A DNA stretch of 64,000 bases, from positions 162,130,001 to 162,194,000 of the forward strand of contig NC_042999.1 in the NCBI RefSeq assembly GCF_006345805.1, in the 5' to 3' direction. Below, piece by piece: positions 1 through 39,900 of the stretch (position 1 is the stretch's first letter; every line of letters starts with the position of its first letter). The notes below the pieces were generated by a model that saw nothing but the letters and a program-made list of their open reading frames with translations, had not been told where the DNA came from and ran no database searches. The stretch is from Octopus sinensis (taxonomy: Eukaryota). The translations under genes were made by a program, and so were the position numbers.

Positions 1-723
1 CAACAACAACAACAACAACCTCTCATATATACATATATATATATATGCTTTCACTACAATGAGAGGTTGTTGTTGAGAGAAAAAATACAGCAAGAGAGAG
101 AGAGAGAGCATGTATATGTGAAATATAGATAGATGTCACTATACTTTTTAGCAAGCTTTGATTGAAAGCAGTAATAAGAGATACAAGATACAGTATCTAA
201 AACAATCAAGTGACGTGATGCGTGGCTATTCTAATGAGAGGGATCTTCATCTGTAAAGGGCCATCCAGTAAGCTGGCAAATACAGTATACTGTTATCAAT
301 AATTTAGCCTTAAAAAGTGTGAAGAAATATATATTGCCATGGGAAAAGCCATAAAAAAAATCACAGATGATATTTACAATTCCACAAATATGCTATGGTT
401 TCCATGAACAATTATTAGTTCCACAAATAACTGGGACTATGAATGCCAAACTGCAAATAAGCAGGGGTATGTATACATATATATCAAAATAAGCAACAAA
501 ATACAGAGCAATCCTCAGAAAGCTGAGTATTACTCTGCATTCTAAATTGGTGTAATGATTGCATTGTTCAATTAAATGGAGTTGCATGAAACGATTGTAC
601 TGCATTACCTCTGGATATCTTTGTTACTTATTTTGATTTTAATCACCTTACTTTGAAATTGTATGCATAATACCGTACTAAATTCTGGTACCATATTCAT
701 CTGAATGTGTGTGTGTGTGTATA

Positions 724-1600
724 CTAGCTGTTGGACCCAGCATTGCTCATGTTTTCCATGTTTAAGTTAAGCCCACCTCTGACCTTGTAGTGAAATCTTC
801 TATATTCCCCGTGCCAACTGTTACCCATTAAGATGTTATATCTGGTTTAGCAAGGATTTTACCCAGTTAACATTTTTGACATACTCTTATATACTGGACC
901 ATCTGAAATCATAGTCAAACTTTTGGGTGTCAAACTGTTGAGAGTGGTATTTGTTTATTTATCTCCCTTTAATGCCACTCACTGTATAAAATTGATCAGC
1001 ATTTCCAATCTCAGCAAAATCCAAAGAAAAGTGTTAAGGTTATGTCATAAAATAGAATCCATGTGACCATTTACATGAAAATATCCCAATACATTATAAG
1101 AATAATCGATGTTTCATATGTTGAAGTGCTTAATTTTACTCATGGGTCAATTTTCTTCAAAATCAGTTCATTATTTTGTTGTGAATGAATTTTGACATTT
1201 TCTGCCTTTTACCAGTTAAATTCTGATTCTATTACATAACTCCGACCATAAACTTTACCTAAATGTTAAATTTCATCAAAGGCAGATGAATTCTGTAAAA
1301 GTTACAACATAAAATATTATTCTTATGGGTAATTGCATACAAAAAGCCTATTGATTTCTTAAGATCCCCTGCTCATGTGCAATTATCGACTTTTTGTCAT
1401 CTCTTCATGGCATCAACTAATGGACATGAGCTGTAATCACATGTAAAATTTCTACAAAAGTGATAGAAATGTCTCTAAGGAAATGCTTATTTGCATTTGT
1501 GCCCTTTTTAATTAAATAAACACCTTTACCGTCTCTCCCATCACAAAATTTCAAATTTATACATACGTACACATACACATTTTCACACACCTACAGAAGT
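724..1600 (-). mobile_element. Decayed non-autonomous Helitron-like element
   Basis: Minus strand ends in a sub-terminal hairpin (tgagcaatgctgggt) followed by CTAG|T at 727-724. The left boundary is firm; the right boundary is approximate. Confidence 0.45.
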
Positions 1601-2215
1601 TACTATTAATTTAGAATAAGTTTATTAATTATGAATTAAATTAATTATAGATTAGTAAGTGCCAAATAAACAAAAACAAATCGTATGTATTAACTTTGTT
1701 GGGTACTTCACTAGCAGTATATTGGATATATGTTATCCATGGAGGGTTGTATTTACAACTCAATTTGTATATATATATATATATATATATAAATGGAACA
1801 AAAACGCAATAGAGGGCATTAAAATGTTCGGACAGATAGATGATACAAAGGCAGACAAGAGAAACTTGTCCTTCTAAAGGACAGGTTAAAAAAGACAGGT
1901 CATTCTTGGTTTTCTTTCATCAGTCAAGTACCAGAAGTCACGACTATTTCTGGCAGTTACACTTGAGATGATTCAATCTGGTTGCCCCCCAAAAATTCTT
2001 ACCTAAGAGCATTAGACCCCTTTGTAAGAAAGCTAGCGAATGTGTACGGCAACAAAGACAAAAAACAAACAACAAAAACAGAGAAGATGGTACACAATTG
2101 TGAATACAAACAACAAGAAATAACAAGACGTCTTTTGACTGAAAACAAATCAAATTGAGCTGGCGTATATGAAGTGAAAGCCTAAAGGCAGGAACATAGG
2201 ATATATATATATATA

Positions 2216-3028
2216 TGTAGCTGCACAAGCAGTCAGCACCATATTGGATGAGATTTTGCGGCAGCCATTGTCATCTCCAAGACTGGAGCGAGACCTCACC
2301 TGCATCCATTTGCCATGCACGAGATCACGAGGCTCATGATGGCAAACTGTGTGTGTGGAAGCACTCCGTCGGTTACGACGACGAGGGTCCCGGTTGATCC
2401 GAATCAACGGAACAGCCTGCTTGTGAAATTAACGTGTAAGTGGCTGAGCACTCCACAGACACGTGTACCCTTAATGTAGTTCTCGGGGATATTCAGCGTG
2501 ACACAGAGAGTGACAAGGCCGGCCCTTTGAAATACAGGTACAACAGAAACAGGAAGTAAGAGTGAGAGAAAGTTGTGGTGAAAGAGTACAGCAGGGATCA
2601 CCACCATCCCCTGCCGGAGCCTCGTGGAGCTTTAGGTGTTTTCGTTCAATAAACACTCACAACGCCCGGTCTGGGAATCGAAACCGCAAGTCCGCTGCCC
2701 TAACCACTGGGCCATTGCGCCTCCACTGATGGCAAACTGTATATAAGGGCAAAACAGATTGAGATTCCTCCTTTTTTTGCCGCCTCTTCTCTCCACCTCT
2801 TAGCAGCAGCACTTGCTGAGCACACTCCATTGGCAGTGCCTGTCTGTATGTTGTACCCCCGGAGGCAATGTGCCTGCACTAACGGAGCTACTACACAATG
2901 CACACAACTAAAGATGGTTGCTGAGAGCAGCACACTTCACCGATCCTATGAAACCAGTAAATAAACCAGTTGTAAATAGCATTTGCACTTGAAGTCTTCT
3001 CTCTTCACCTGTCGAAGCCTGAACTACA
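2216..3028 (+). mobile_element. Solo LTR (~423 bp once the nested SINE is removed)
   Basis: TGTAG...CTACA inverted termini; TATA-like atataag at 2741; AATAAA near 2960; flanks tata/taaa give an imperfect TSD. Confidence 0.55.
2351..2726 (-). mobile_element. SINE family B (tRNA-derived head GTGGAGGCGCAATGGCCCAGTGGTTAGGG), nested in the LTR
   Basis: 14-bp TSD tgatggcaaactgt at 2337-2350 and 2727-2740; A/B-box-like head. Confidence 0.9.
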
Positions 3029-3094
3029 TAAAGAACAAAAAGAGATAATGGAAGGAGACAATATTCTCCCAATATCATAAACCTTGACAGCCAT

Positions 3095-3142
<48 letters not shown>

Positions 3143-3450
3143 CAGTCAGACAGAGAAAGAGTATTGATTGTGACCTCGAATTTCATGTTCTTGACAAATG
3201 GCCCACCAACAGAACTTTCTACATACTGAATCAGCATTAAATGGCCGAATATTCCACAGACACATGTACTCTTAATCTAATTCAGAGGTAGAATCAATGA
3301 GACAGACAATCTATGATATGACCGGTCCTTTTGAAATCTACTTACAGTCTATACAACAGAATTCCTGTTTTCATCTGCCCAATTTCATTCAAGAAACTTC
3401 AGTTAACCCCCACCTCCCTCTCTCTCTCTCTCTCTCTCTTCATATATATA

Positions 3451-3633
3451 CTCTCTCTTTTACTCTTTTACTTGTTTCAGTCATTTGACTGCGGCCATGC
3501 TGGAGCACCGCCTTTAGCCGAGCAAATCGACCCCAGTACTTATTCTATCGGTCTGTTTTGCCGAACCGCTAAGTGACGGGGACGTAAACACACCAGCATC
3601 GGTTGTCAAGCAATGCTAGGGGGACAAACACAG

Positions 3634-3664
<31 letters not shown>

Positions 3665-3829
3665 CATACGGCAGGCTTCTTTCAGTTTCCGTCTACCAAA
3701 TCCACTCACAAGGCATTGGTCAGCCCGGGGCTATGGTAGAAGACACTTGCCCAAGGTGCCACGCAGTGGGACTGAACCCGGAACCATGTGGTTGGTTAGC
3801 AAGCTACTTACCACACAGCCACTCCTGCA

Positions 3830-3830
<1 letters not shown>
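3451..3830 (-). mobile_element. SINE family A (head GCGCAGGAGTGGCTGTGTGGTAAG, CORE-like CACCTTGGGCAAGT, internal TA/CA repeat, AAGAGTA tail)
   Basis: Near-identical to at least nine other copies in the window. Confidence 0.9.
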
Positions 3831-3877
<47 letters not shown>

Positions 3878-4416
3878 TGTTGATGATGATGTTGGTGGTG
3901 ATGATGATGATGACGATGACGATGACGACGACCACGATGGTGGTGGTGGTGTGTGTGTTTGTGACTCGCGCGCGAATGTATAAACATGTATATGTGCATA
4001 AATGCATATGCGTTATACATACACAAACACACACGATAGACATAATATCCATTATACGCATAATATAAGTGAATATGTAATGGATCTTATATACAACGTA
4101 CTTATAAATTCATTAAATATCAAATACATTTTACATTCATATCATATGCTTTATTTTGATACAGAGAGAAAAAGAAAAGAGAGGCAGGACAAACTTTATG
4201 TATACACAGTTATTGTTCTTGTGTGCGTACGCCGGTATTAAGAGATCAAAGATCAAGAGTTAGTGGGCGGCACCCTGTGAAAACGTTCTGCCCATTGCCA
4301 CCCTTTATTGACTTACTGAACACAGATTGCGAATTCTTTTTCTAAGCTGAATTTATTTAATTGCTTTCTTGTGTACGTGTCAAGCCAGCTCTCAGTTTGT
4401 TGTATTTCGGCTGGCT

Positions 4417-30005
<25,589 letters not shown>

Positions 30006-30050
30006 TACTATTCCATTAAAATGATTATGTGGTTCTTTTTATATTTTTTT

Positions 30051-30056
30051 AATAAA
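30051..30056 (+). terminator. Candidate polyadenylation signal AATAAA for GALK2 (ATTAAA also at 30015-30020)
   Basis: Canonical hexamer 46 nt after the stop codon; whether it is used is inferred. Confidence 0.5.
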
Positions 30057-30443
30057 AGTAAAAATTATATATATATATATATATATTTGAAAATTTGGGG
30101 ACTAAAAAGTAAAATGTGAGAAAATAATGAATATACACATCAAATAGAAAAATATTTTTCTATGGGAATTTATATTATATTGTTATATTACAATAAGTTT
30201 ACAAAGCTTTCTTAAAATTAAATGGGTAAATATTCCACATGACCATCTGTACATACAGAAATGTCTCATGAAGCATCAAGGAAATCCTAGATATAATTAT
30301 GACAAGATATCTCATGATTAGAACTTAATGGAACTTAATGTTTAAACAATTGTGGATTAATTTCAAATTTGATAAATATTTTGTATGTATGTTTTAAACA
30401 TGTGGAAGCAGCAAGTTACAAAAAGGCAAATTTTCTCATTTAA

Positions 30444-30663
30444 CCCTTTCATTACTGTATTTATTTTGAGATGCTCTGAGTTTCTTTCAATTATTTTAAA
30501 TATGACAAAGAATTTAGTAAAATAGCATCGTTATCATTAAGCTGGTGTTAGGAACATAAATTGTGACTAAGGTTTGGTGGAAGATTTTAATTCAAAACTT
30601 ATGAAAACAAGACATTTTACCACGGAGCCAGTGCAGGTTTTGGCCGGGTTAGTAACAAAAGGG
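30444..30663. mobile_element. piggyBac-type MITE (same family as 17290-17510)
   Basis: TTAA TSD on both sides; CCC/GGG termini. Confidence 0.8.
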
Positions 30664-30904
30664 TTAAGAGGGAGTGGTGAATTTTCTTTGTTACATTTTC
30701 TCCAATTTCTATAATTTAAATGATACAACTGTAACATTTGGTTTATCTTCCTTTTTATATTAATAATTCAAGAGATTCATGTAAAGTAGGGAATTGAAGT
30801 GCCCTGAAATTTCAGTATTTTATTTTGTGTCTTCACATTCCAAATCTTGTTAAGTATGAACTTCTTTGTTTTTGATAAAATAAGTAACCTGTTGGGGCAA
30901 GTGA

Positions 30905-31348
30905 AATCGAAATCGAAATCGAAATTGAGCCAATCCTATGACTGGCACCCGGCAGATGCCAGGACCCCTGGACTGGTGGTACGTAAAAAGCACTATCCGA
31001 ATCGTGGCCGATGCCAGCGCCGCTTCGACTGGCTTCCGTGCCGGTGGCACGTAAAAAGCACCATCCAAATCGTGGCCAGCACCGCCTTGACTGGCTTCTG
31101 TGCCGGTGGCACGTAAAATGCACCGATCCGACCGTGGCCGTTGCCAGCCTCGCCTGGCACCTGTGCAGGTGGCACGTAAAAAGCACCCACTACACTCACG
31201 GAGTGGTTGGCGTTAGGAAGGGCATCCAGCTGTAGAAACATTGCCAGATAAGACTGGAGCCTGGTAAAGCCTTCTGGCTTCCCAGATCCCCGGTCGAACC
31301 GTCCAACCCATGCTAGCATGGAGAACGGACGTTAAACGATGATGATGA
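30905..31348 (+). mobile_element. Family D LINE 3' end
   Basis: Tandem units plus conserved 3' end and (GAT)n tail. Confidence 0.8.
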
Positions 31349-33289
31349 AGTAACAATTATGCACCAATAGGAGCAAAGATTTCAATTTCCTACAGCCTTC
31401 TGCAAATATGTTGCCTTGTCCCAATGTTCAGAAAATAGTATTGCAGATGGCAAAAGATAATGAAGCAAAAGAAATGGTTGATTTTCAGATTAATTCCTTA
31501 CAGTAATTAATTTTGTCAAATCTTATTAAGCTTAACTTTAAGGTGGGGTTGATTAATTATCAGTTAAATTCTAGAGTTGATTTAATTATATAGACATCAA
31601 GCCAATGAGGAAGCTTCCACATAGTGGCTTAATCCACTAGAAACAGTGACCATATTTTCCTCATATCATACTGTATTATCTTTAAAAAGAGGACACATTG
31701 TTTAATTTCAATTAGTCTTAATCATCATAAGGTGTCATATTTCCAAATATCTTCATTTGTCCCAGTCTGATTTGAACTAAAATTTGGTGCCAATCAGGCT
31801 GAACTGATCAAAACATTGTGTAAATATAAATATGTATTTTGAAAATAAAGATTTTCATCTGGGATATTATCATTACTCAATAGTCTGAAAACTTAATTCG
31901 TTTAAACAAATGTTTTTTATACGTCTCATGAATATATCTGAAGACAAAAAATAATTTAGAGAAACATTTCGCATTTTTTTGCTTTTATAAAACAGCTGCA
32001 TCAAGAGGTGCAAATCCCTAATTGTAGAAGGGACATGTGGAAGGGGTAAGCCCAGTAAGATGTGAGACAAAGTGGTGAGAAAAGATCTGCAGACATTGGG
32101 ACTCAGAGTGGATGACAGGCAACCGAGACTCCTGGTGGTTCGCTGTGCTTGAAATGACACATCAGAATAAGTAAAAGCATGGTTGTCCTTGCATATGTTG
32201 GTTTGGATGTTGTGGCTGTCAACATATTCTCCCTTATCCTCTCCAACTCCTTCAACCCAATGTCTCTGAGTCTTGTCATACAAGTGTTCTCTTCAGTGAT
32301 GACAGGAAAAACTAGGGTGTACATATCCCACTTTCTTCTGTCACCACTATCTGCAATTCAGTCTCCTGCTCACACTGCACTGAATGAACAGACACACTAT
32401 AGCATAGAGTAAGGCCTAGTATTAGAGGGCAGAAGGCAACCCCAACAGTGCTGCTGCCATGATAAAATGCACCCAGTACTCTATAAACTGGATGGTAAAC
32501 AGAGATAGCATAGGATTGAGAGGACCCTTTCGTCTTGTTGGTTTCATAAACTCTATAGTACTGACACCATGATAAAACATACAATCCACTCTGCAAAGTG
32601 GTTGGTATAGGAAGAGTATTCAGCTAAGGAAACCAAGGTAAAATTAATCACATAAAATTCATAGTCCTCCAACTTATCTAAGAGGGCAATAAATCCAAAT
32701 AAGAACAAACACTGTGATGACCTGTGGGATGGACAAAAATGGATGTCAAGCAAATTTAATCTATGCTATTTAGTTCCATCTTGGATACACATTTGGACTG
32801 TGTGGAGCTAGCTGTTAGAAGAGGGAGTGTGCAAAAGCCTTGCAAACCTGCTCAGACACTTTCAGTCATCTGAGCAGTACTGACTGGGGTTTTCCAAATG
32901 TACTGGTGTAGACATGGACAAACCACAGGTCATATCTAGATAGAATATTTTGCAGGCCAATTGATAAGGATTGTATAAGTTGTCCACTTTTTAAAATTAA
33001 CAGCTACACAGACCACAAATTTGGGATCTGCACAGTCAACTTAGACTTCATTGTGGGGGATCTGGGTACTGGAAGCTGAACACATCATTCCTGATGTGCC
33101 AAACTTATAGGGACCAAATTAACAAATTAGTTAAGTTGGCATTGGTGGCTCAGTTGTCAACAACAAATGGTGTGTTTGCCCTGAAAAGAGCAATTAGAGT
33201 AAAATTGATAAGGTTTAGTAAGACATTAGTGATAGAAAGGAATAAAATAGAGTGAAACTTGGAAACTTAGAAGCGGTACTTAGGAAAGG

Positions 33290-34930
33290 TATTGCAACCA
33301 ATGTGCTGGTGGTGATTCTTCATTGCTGGACCAATTCTTCAATGCGAAGCATGAAGGATGCATTGTCAGAGCATGCTCAAGAAAATGAGAGAGCAAAAGC
33401 CGCTTGATGGGCCACAATAGCAGAGGCCCACTGTGACAACAAAGCCACAATTCAGTCTTTGGTGAGCCAAAATGGTTGCATGGTACTTGAGCCTTAGTAG
33501 ATGTGAGTGGCACTTCAACAGCACTTCAGTGATCAAAGTAAACAGCCACCTATCGGAACCATTTTGCATTGCATGTTCGGTCCATCAGGACTGCCCACTG
33601 CCACCTTTTCTGTATTTGCTGGCTCTCAAGTCAATGTTGTGGAAGCTGGAACAGTTGAGGGACATCCCTTTTGAACTGGGACTCAAGAGGGCAGTGTCAG
33701 TGTATGCAGAAGATGTCACCATCATTGTGTCGGATGCTTCCAAAGTGGAGATGGTCAGCTTCATTGCAAAGGAGTATGAGTCGGTTGCAGGGGTCAAAAT
33801 CAATGCTGACAAGTTAGTGAGCTTGTGAAGGAGCACCTAGAGAGGCAGATCGATGCCATCAGATGGTGTTGTCAGACATTGGACTGACAAACCAGTTAAA
33901 CTATCTGGGGTTGGGTTTGGTCCCAACCTCCAGGTGGATAAGAACTGGGATGAATAGGATGGCCAGTCTTACTCAGAAATGGGCAAAGGTGGTGAATGCC
34001 TACATTGTCCCCATCATCATTTATTGCCTGATCATTGTGCCTTGTCCCTATTATTGTTTGATTAGGTTGGAGCATTTCCTGTTTATTTTCTTGTGGAATG
34101 AATACATTCCACTGGTCAGGCAGTCAATCTACTGTCAGCACCTGTTGCATGGTGGCTTAGGCATGCCATGGCTTCTGATGTGCAGACATGTGCTCAGGTT
34201 GCACCACCTGCAAAGATTTCTTGATGCTGAGCATATATGGGCTCCATTTGGGAGACACATTTTTCTGCAGCTCAAGTCTTAGACAGAGCTGCAGTCTTAG
34301 GTGAAGGATTGACTGAGACTGGGTGTCTGGCACCTAGAATGTCACCAGGCACTCAGGCAATAGGATCAGTGGATCTTCCACTTTAGCTGCATATAGAGGA
34401 TTAGTGGCAGGGAAGTGCAGCATCCTTGGGGAGACCCTGGGTGTTGATGAAAATAAACAGTCTAGTCTGTTCCAGTGAACTTTTTGGTCAGGGACTACTA
34501 TAGATAATTTTCAGACGTCTTTGGCCAGGAAGTACTACCAGTTCAGGATAAACTCCATCGGCTCAGATGTGCTGTCAGACAGGCTTGACCAAGGTGCACG
34601 TAGAGTAACAAAACAATTCTGCATGCCTTCATTCAGTATCTGGGCATCGATGGCTTGTGGAGTTATGTTGAACAGCTGTTGTCACATGTGGGACAGACCC
34701 TTCTGTCAGCTGAGTTTATAGTGATGATTGCCCTGCTGCCCTCCAGCGGTTGTGGCAAAAGAGATTTTCTGGTGGACAAGGCTGAAAGGAATGATGACAG
34801 AGACATTCCCCTATGGTAGAGCTGACATCAACTGTTTCAAGTTTTACTTGAAAAGGAAAGGGTGGAGAGGGAGGTGTTGTCCTCGAGTAAATTTATTAAA
34901 AGGTGAATGAAAGTTGTGAAAATGGCTTGA
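33290..34930 (+). mobile_element. Decayed Tx1/L1-clade LINE reverse transcriptase region
   Basis: SVHQDCPLPPFLYLLAL..., VYAEDVTIIV, YESVAGVKINADK and NAYIVPIIIYCL..VPCP; many stops and frameshifts. Confidence 0.8.
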
Positions 34931-35564
34931 GTGGGTCGTACCACTCTGAGTGTAAACCTGTGTATATGTAGTTAAAAACTTTAACACTTGTATAAGTTGG
35001 CTGTTGTCAATGCTTTTTCTGCAACCACTATCATCACTTGCTACATTATCAAAAGTCAACCAAAAATATGGATATAAACTCTCGTTTTATCTTTTGGGAG
35101 TTTATGTTCTATTTTTACAGCATCAGCAGTGTTGGCTGACAAGTCAGAAAAGGATTGCTATTTCATCTACAGTGTTACCTATGCAAGTATGGAAGAACAG
35201 AGGTAAAAATGAAGGCAATGATGATGATGATGATGAATCTGGTCGAAGAAGGAAGAAAAGAAGTGGTAGGAAACAAGATGTGATTATTTGGCCACACTTT
35301 ACATAAAAAGAGTATTATTTTTAGGCCAGGTCATCTCATATATTATTCACATCACTGGCCAAAGTCAGTGCTTGTCTATTAGTTCTGCAATCGCCATTCT
35401 GATCTTCAAATTTTCAGCCTGGAAAAGACAAACCAACATTGTATAAGGATTTCTTTTGACTATGGAAGCAAGATGTCAGCAAATTAAGTTTTTAGATAAA
35501 TATATTTCAAACAGAATGCGAACCTATAGATGAAAGTTTGTAACAGCTACTATGTTTCTCTTGT

Positions 35565-35750
35565 ACCTGTATTTCAAAGGGCCGGCCTTGTCACTCTCTG
35601 TGTCACACTGAATATCCCCGAGAACTACGTTAAGAGTACACGTGTCTGTGGAGTGCTCAGCCACTTACACGTTAATTTCACGAGCAGGCTGTTCTGTTGA
35701 TTCGGATCAACCGGAACCCTTGTCGTCATAACCGACAGAGTGCTTCCATC
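35565..35750 (+). mobile_element. SINE family B, 3' half
   Basis: Matches the family B 3' body. Confidence 0.8.
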
Positions 35751-36051
35751 CACTGCAAATCTTCCACAAACACTACACTACTTTCTCTGTTAATATTTTG
35801 GAATTCCACTACACTTCCTGTATATTCATTGTTTGTAGTATTTCTTTCAAGCATAGAACCAAACTATATCTAACCTACTTTAATTCTGTTTCTAATTAAC
35901 TAGACTATAACCCTTTCCATAACTTTCATGACCTGCTTCAGCAATTTGATATCACGGTAATTACTTCTGTTTAAGGCCATACATACTTTGGGGTGTACAC
36001 CTCTTCCCCAACACATCAACTAGCTGTTACAACTAGTTTCTACCACAACAC

Positions 36052-36452
36052 TCTCTTTTACTCTTTTACTCGTTTCAGTCATTTGACTGTGACCATGCTG
36101 GAGCACCGCCTTTAATCGAGCAACTCGACCCCGGGACTTATTCTTTTGTAAGCCCAGTACTTATTCTATCAGTCTCTTTTGCTGAACCGCTAAGTAACGG
36201 GGACATAAACACACCAGCATCGGTTGTCAAGCAATGCTAGGGGGACAAACACAGACACACGCATATATATATATATATATGCATATATACAACAGGCTTC
36301 TTTCAGTTTCCATCTACCAAATCCACTCACAAGGCATTGGTTGGCCCGAGGCTATAGTAGAAGACACTTGCCCAAGATACCACACAGTGGGACTGAACCC
36401 AGAACCATGTGGTTGGTAAACAAGCTACTTACCACACAGCCACTCCTGCGCC
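36052..36452 (-). mobile_element. SINE family A
   Basis: Full copy. Confidence 0.9.
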
Positions 36453-36930
36453 TTGAGAATCTGCCGCAAAATCTTATTTATCCAAAACCAATACATGGAA
36501 AGCTTGTAAAAAAAGTATATTCTGACCCATACCAGTCTGTACAATCCATATCACAGCATTATCTTCCTTTAGTTATAATTCTCTCCCATCAAATTGGTTG
36601 TACTATTGTTGCACTGGTGCCACCACAAATGACTGTCTTTACTTCTCATCTGAATATGTGAATTTCAGATGCATTTGCAGCTTCTCATCAAACTTCTAAT
36701 GATTTGGATATTCTCTCTTTAAAAAATCCTCTTTTGTAAATTTGTATGTTTGTTTGTTGCAGTCTTTTCTTTGTCTCCTTTGATACTTTTTTTTTGAGAA
36801 ATATTTGACCCACCTGAGTCTCTGCACTTTCTTTTCATATCCTCATACAGTTACAAAAGGCTTGTTTTCAAGTTTCCATACCTGAATTTTCCAACTGATG
36901 CTCTTTCTTCAACAACCTCTCCTAATATGT

Positions 36931-36985
36931 TTAATCCTCTCTTTTTGCCACCAAAGAACTTGGCACCTCAATTTCTTTCCGGTAC
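36931..36985 (-). CDS. FAM227B: FAM227B-like putative terminal coding exon ([18 protein letters not shown])
   Basis: Acceptor acaatag| (weak pyrimidine tract); phase-2 compatible; TAA at 36933-36931. Confidence 0.45.
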
Positions 36986-39900
36986 CTATTGTAACATAGT
37001 TTTCAGTGTTTCTAACTTCACTTCACCCTTCAGATTCAACTCAACACAAAAAAAAAAAACCCCACCTAATTGATTATTCAGTATTCTCCATTTGTCCATT
37101 CTCCTTTTGTACAAATTGAGGGTCTTCAGTGCAATGGTCTGTAATCTGACCCAGGAACTCCCACTGTCTCTATATTGTTGGTATGGTTCTGCACTATCAA
37201 CCTCTCACTATACTATGGATTTGCCTTGTGTACTGCAACATATTTTTTTACCATTATTCCTTTTTTCACACGTCTCTCAAATATTTTCAACTTGCAAATC
37301 CTTATGTCCCCTAAAAAAATCACCTTTTCAGCATCCCCTCTGGGCCCTATCTGATATAATCCAACATGGAAAAAGTATCAGTGGGTGGGTAGTCTTTTTC
37401 GTCTGTAGGCACACACTCACTAAAAGGAATAGAATCTCTTCTTACTGTCCCTTCTCACTTCTAGCACGCAACTCCACACTATATGAGACCCTGCTTATAA
37501 TGAGTAACACCAAGGTACTGGTTGGGAATTTATTACCTAAATCATAGAGTTAGTGCTGGAAGTGAAGTTGATGCTAACAGCATTACAATAAAAACTGTAT
37601 TACCTATTCTTATTAACATCATCATAGTTTCTCTGGGAATAAAAGAACTCTATAATTTTATTTTGTTCAAAAATATTTTCTCTGGAGTAAGACATTAAGG
37701 AAAGGAACAGTAGAAAGGTGTGAAATAAGCCTGAAAGGATAAGAAACAGATTCTGTGGCAGTTATTCCATACATTAGCAATCTGACAGCCATCTAACAAA
37801 TAAGCTGCAAACTTTTAAATATATTCAACTTTGTAGATATTTGTTATCAAAAGAGGCATAGAAGGCTACTATATATACTGAAGCCATAGAAAGATAGATA
37901 TGAGATCAACAATTATAATGAACCTACATAATTTACAATTAGTTATCAATTAGTATGCAACACTGTAATTGATTAGAGCACAAAATGTTCTTTTAATAAA
38001 TTTAGGATTCTGCAGTTCATTCTTGACAGATCTTGACTGTTAGAGATTTCCTGATCATTCCAGTATTGCTCAAGATGCTGAATAGATCTGCTGGTTAACC
38101 CATACTTTCAAAATACCCTTTATGTGATCCAGACACTCAAAGAATTCAATAATCAATGTAGACTTTCAAAGATTCAGACAGTCAATAATCAGTCAAAAGA
38201 ATCAGTAGCTGTAAAGATTAATCCAAACCAAGATTAAATTGGTCTCCAATAAAGGTTGAAGAATCAAGATACTCAAATCATTTTCCTTATTACATCCACA
38301 GAAATTAATCAGTCACAGTTCTTCTTGAAGAATTAAAATATAAAGTGAACACAGTAATTTCCCTTATTCATTGTATGGAATGCAATTTGATTCTCATCAA
38401 ATTCAAGAAATTGACAGAAAGTGTTCTTCTTTTTAACACTCACTGCAAGTAATTTTATATTCATCAGAATTGTAATATCACAGCCACTGTGCAGTATCTT
38501 TATATATAAAAGAGAGGTTGTGTGCTGTCTGTCTCCTACGATTTAGATTCCTAACTACTCCCACATTTTGCGGTGCAGTTTAACCAAAACTGGGTATCTT
38601 ATAGTCGTGATTCATATCGAGCCCTTCTGGGTATTAGCGCACGTCTACGATGAGTCTACAATTTAAAAAAATTTACCATCATATTTTTCCTATTTTTAAT
38701 GCATTTTTGGCATATATAAGGGAAGTAACTCTCTAAAAATTTATTATTAAATCTCAGAACGTAAAAAACTACAGTAACACCCCCCCCTTTGTGGTTAGCC
38801 ATATTGAGATGGCTATTATACTTTACATCTCTAAAAATGCTTATATAGTTATTTCCCTTACAAACCCGAGCAATGCCGGGCGATACTGCTAGTATTTTAT
38901 AAAACATAAGTAAGAGCAATATTAAACAAAAAGACCATGAATTCAAATCTTGTTAGAGCCTTCCTATAACAAGTCCATTCTCTTAGTCTGTCAAGCAGCT
39001 GCAAAATATGTGTCTTCATTGCTAATTCATTGTCAAATATAAAAATGAGCACAGTCTACAAGCTACAGATTCAGGAGTCAATGCACATGTTCAAATGTGT
39101 GTGTGTATTTGTACATGGGTGTTTGGTTAAGAAGCTTGCTTCCCAACCACATGATCTTGGGTTCAGTCCCAGTATACAACACCTTGCCGAACCGCTAAGT
39201 GACGGGGACGTAAACACACCAGCATTGGTTGTCAAGCAATGCTAGGGGGACAAACACAGGCACACAAACATATACACACACATATACATATATATACATA
39301 TATACGACAGGCTTCTTTCAGTTTCCGTCTACCAAATCCACTCACAAGGCACTGGTCGGCCCGGGGCTATAGCAGAAGACACTTGCCCAAGATGTCACGC
39401 AGTGGGACTGAACCCGGAACCATGTGGTTGGTTAGCAAGCTACTTACCACACAGCCACTCCTGTGCCTTTCTATCAATATTTTTTTCAAATTATGTTTGG
39501 TTATTCCACCCACATCACTGTACCTTTGTATAGTTGTCTCTTCAGGATTATCTTTTCTCCATATTTTATTAGATAATGCTCTAGCCACAACATCATCATC
39601 ATCATTGTTCGACCGTGGTCGAGACAATGGAATTTACCATGCTACGCCGGACTTCACGGTCCATCATGGCATTACGGAGGTCCTGTTGCTGGATGCCTGT
39701 ATCCCTAGAGATTACATCAGGGTAGGAGAGTGTGCGCCCTCTGGTATTGCCAGTAGATGGCTTCCAGAGGAGAAGAGGAGAAATTACCTCTTTTTCAGCT
39801 CTACAACAATGTCCAGCAAACTGGACTCTTCTACCTTTCACAAGAGATGACACAGGTGGTAGTTTCCCATATATTTGCATTTTGGTTGGATGGCGCTTCC

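Noticed and set aside
393-700. ORF 393..605 and a nearby putative minus-strand exon
   Set aside because: No recognisable homology and no phase-consistent partner exon.
2640-2726. tRNA gene-like sequences at SINE heads (families A, B, C)
   Set aside because: They are SINE heads with A/B boxes, lack complete cloverleaves, and are followed by SINE bodies and TSDs.
3603-4068. Recurrent ORFs such as [12 protein letters not shown].../MLGGQTQTH...[18 protein letters not shown]
   Set aside because: These are translations of SINE-A antisense strands repeated about 10 times, not genes.
1-4400. Head-to-head COPS2 gene expected from human synteny
   Set aside because: No COPS2-like exon (MSD.EDDF...DLENQYYNSK) was found on the minus strand within this window.
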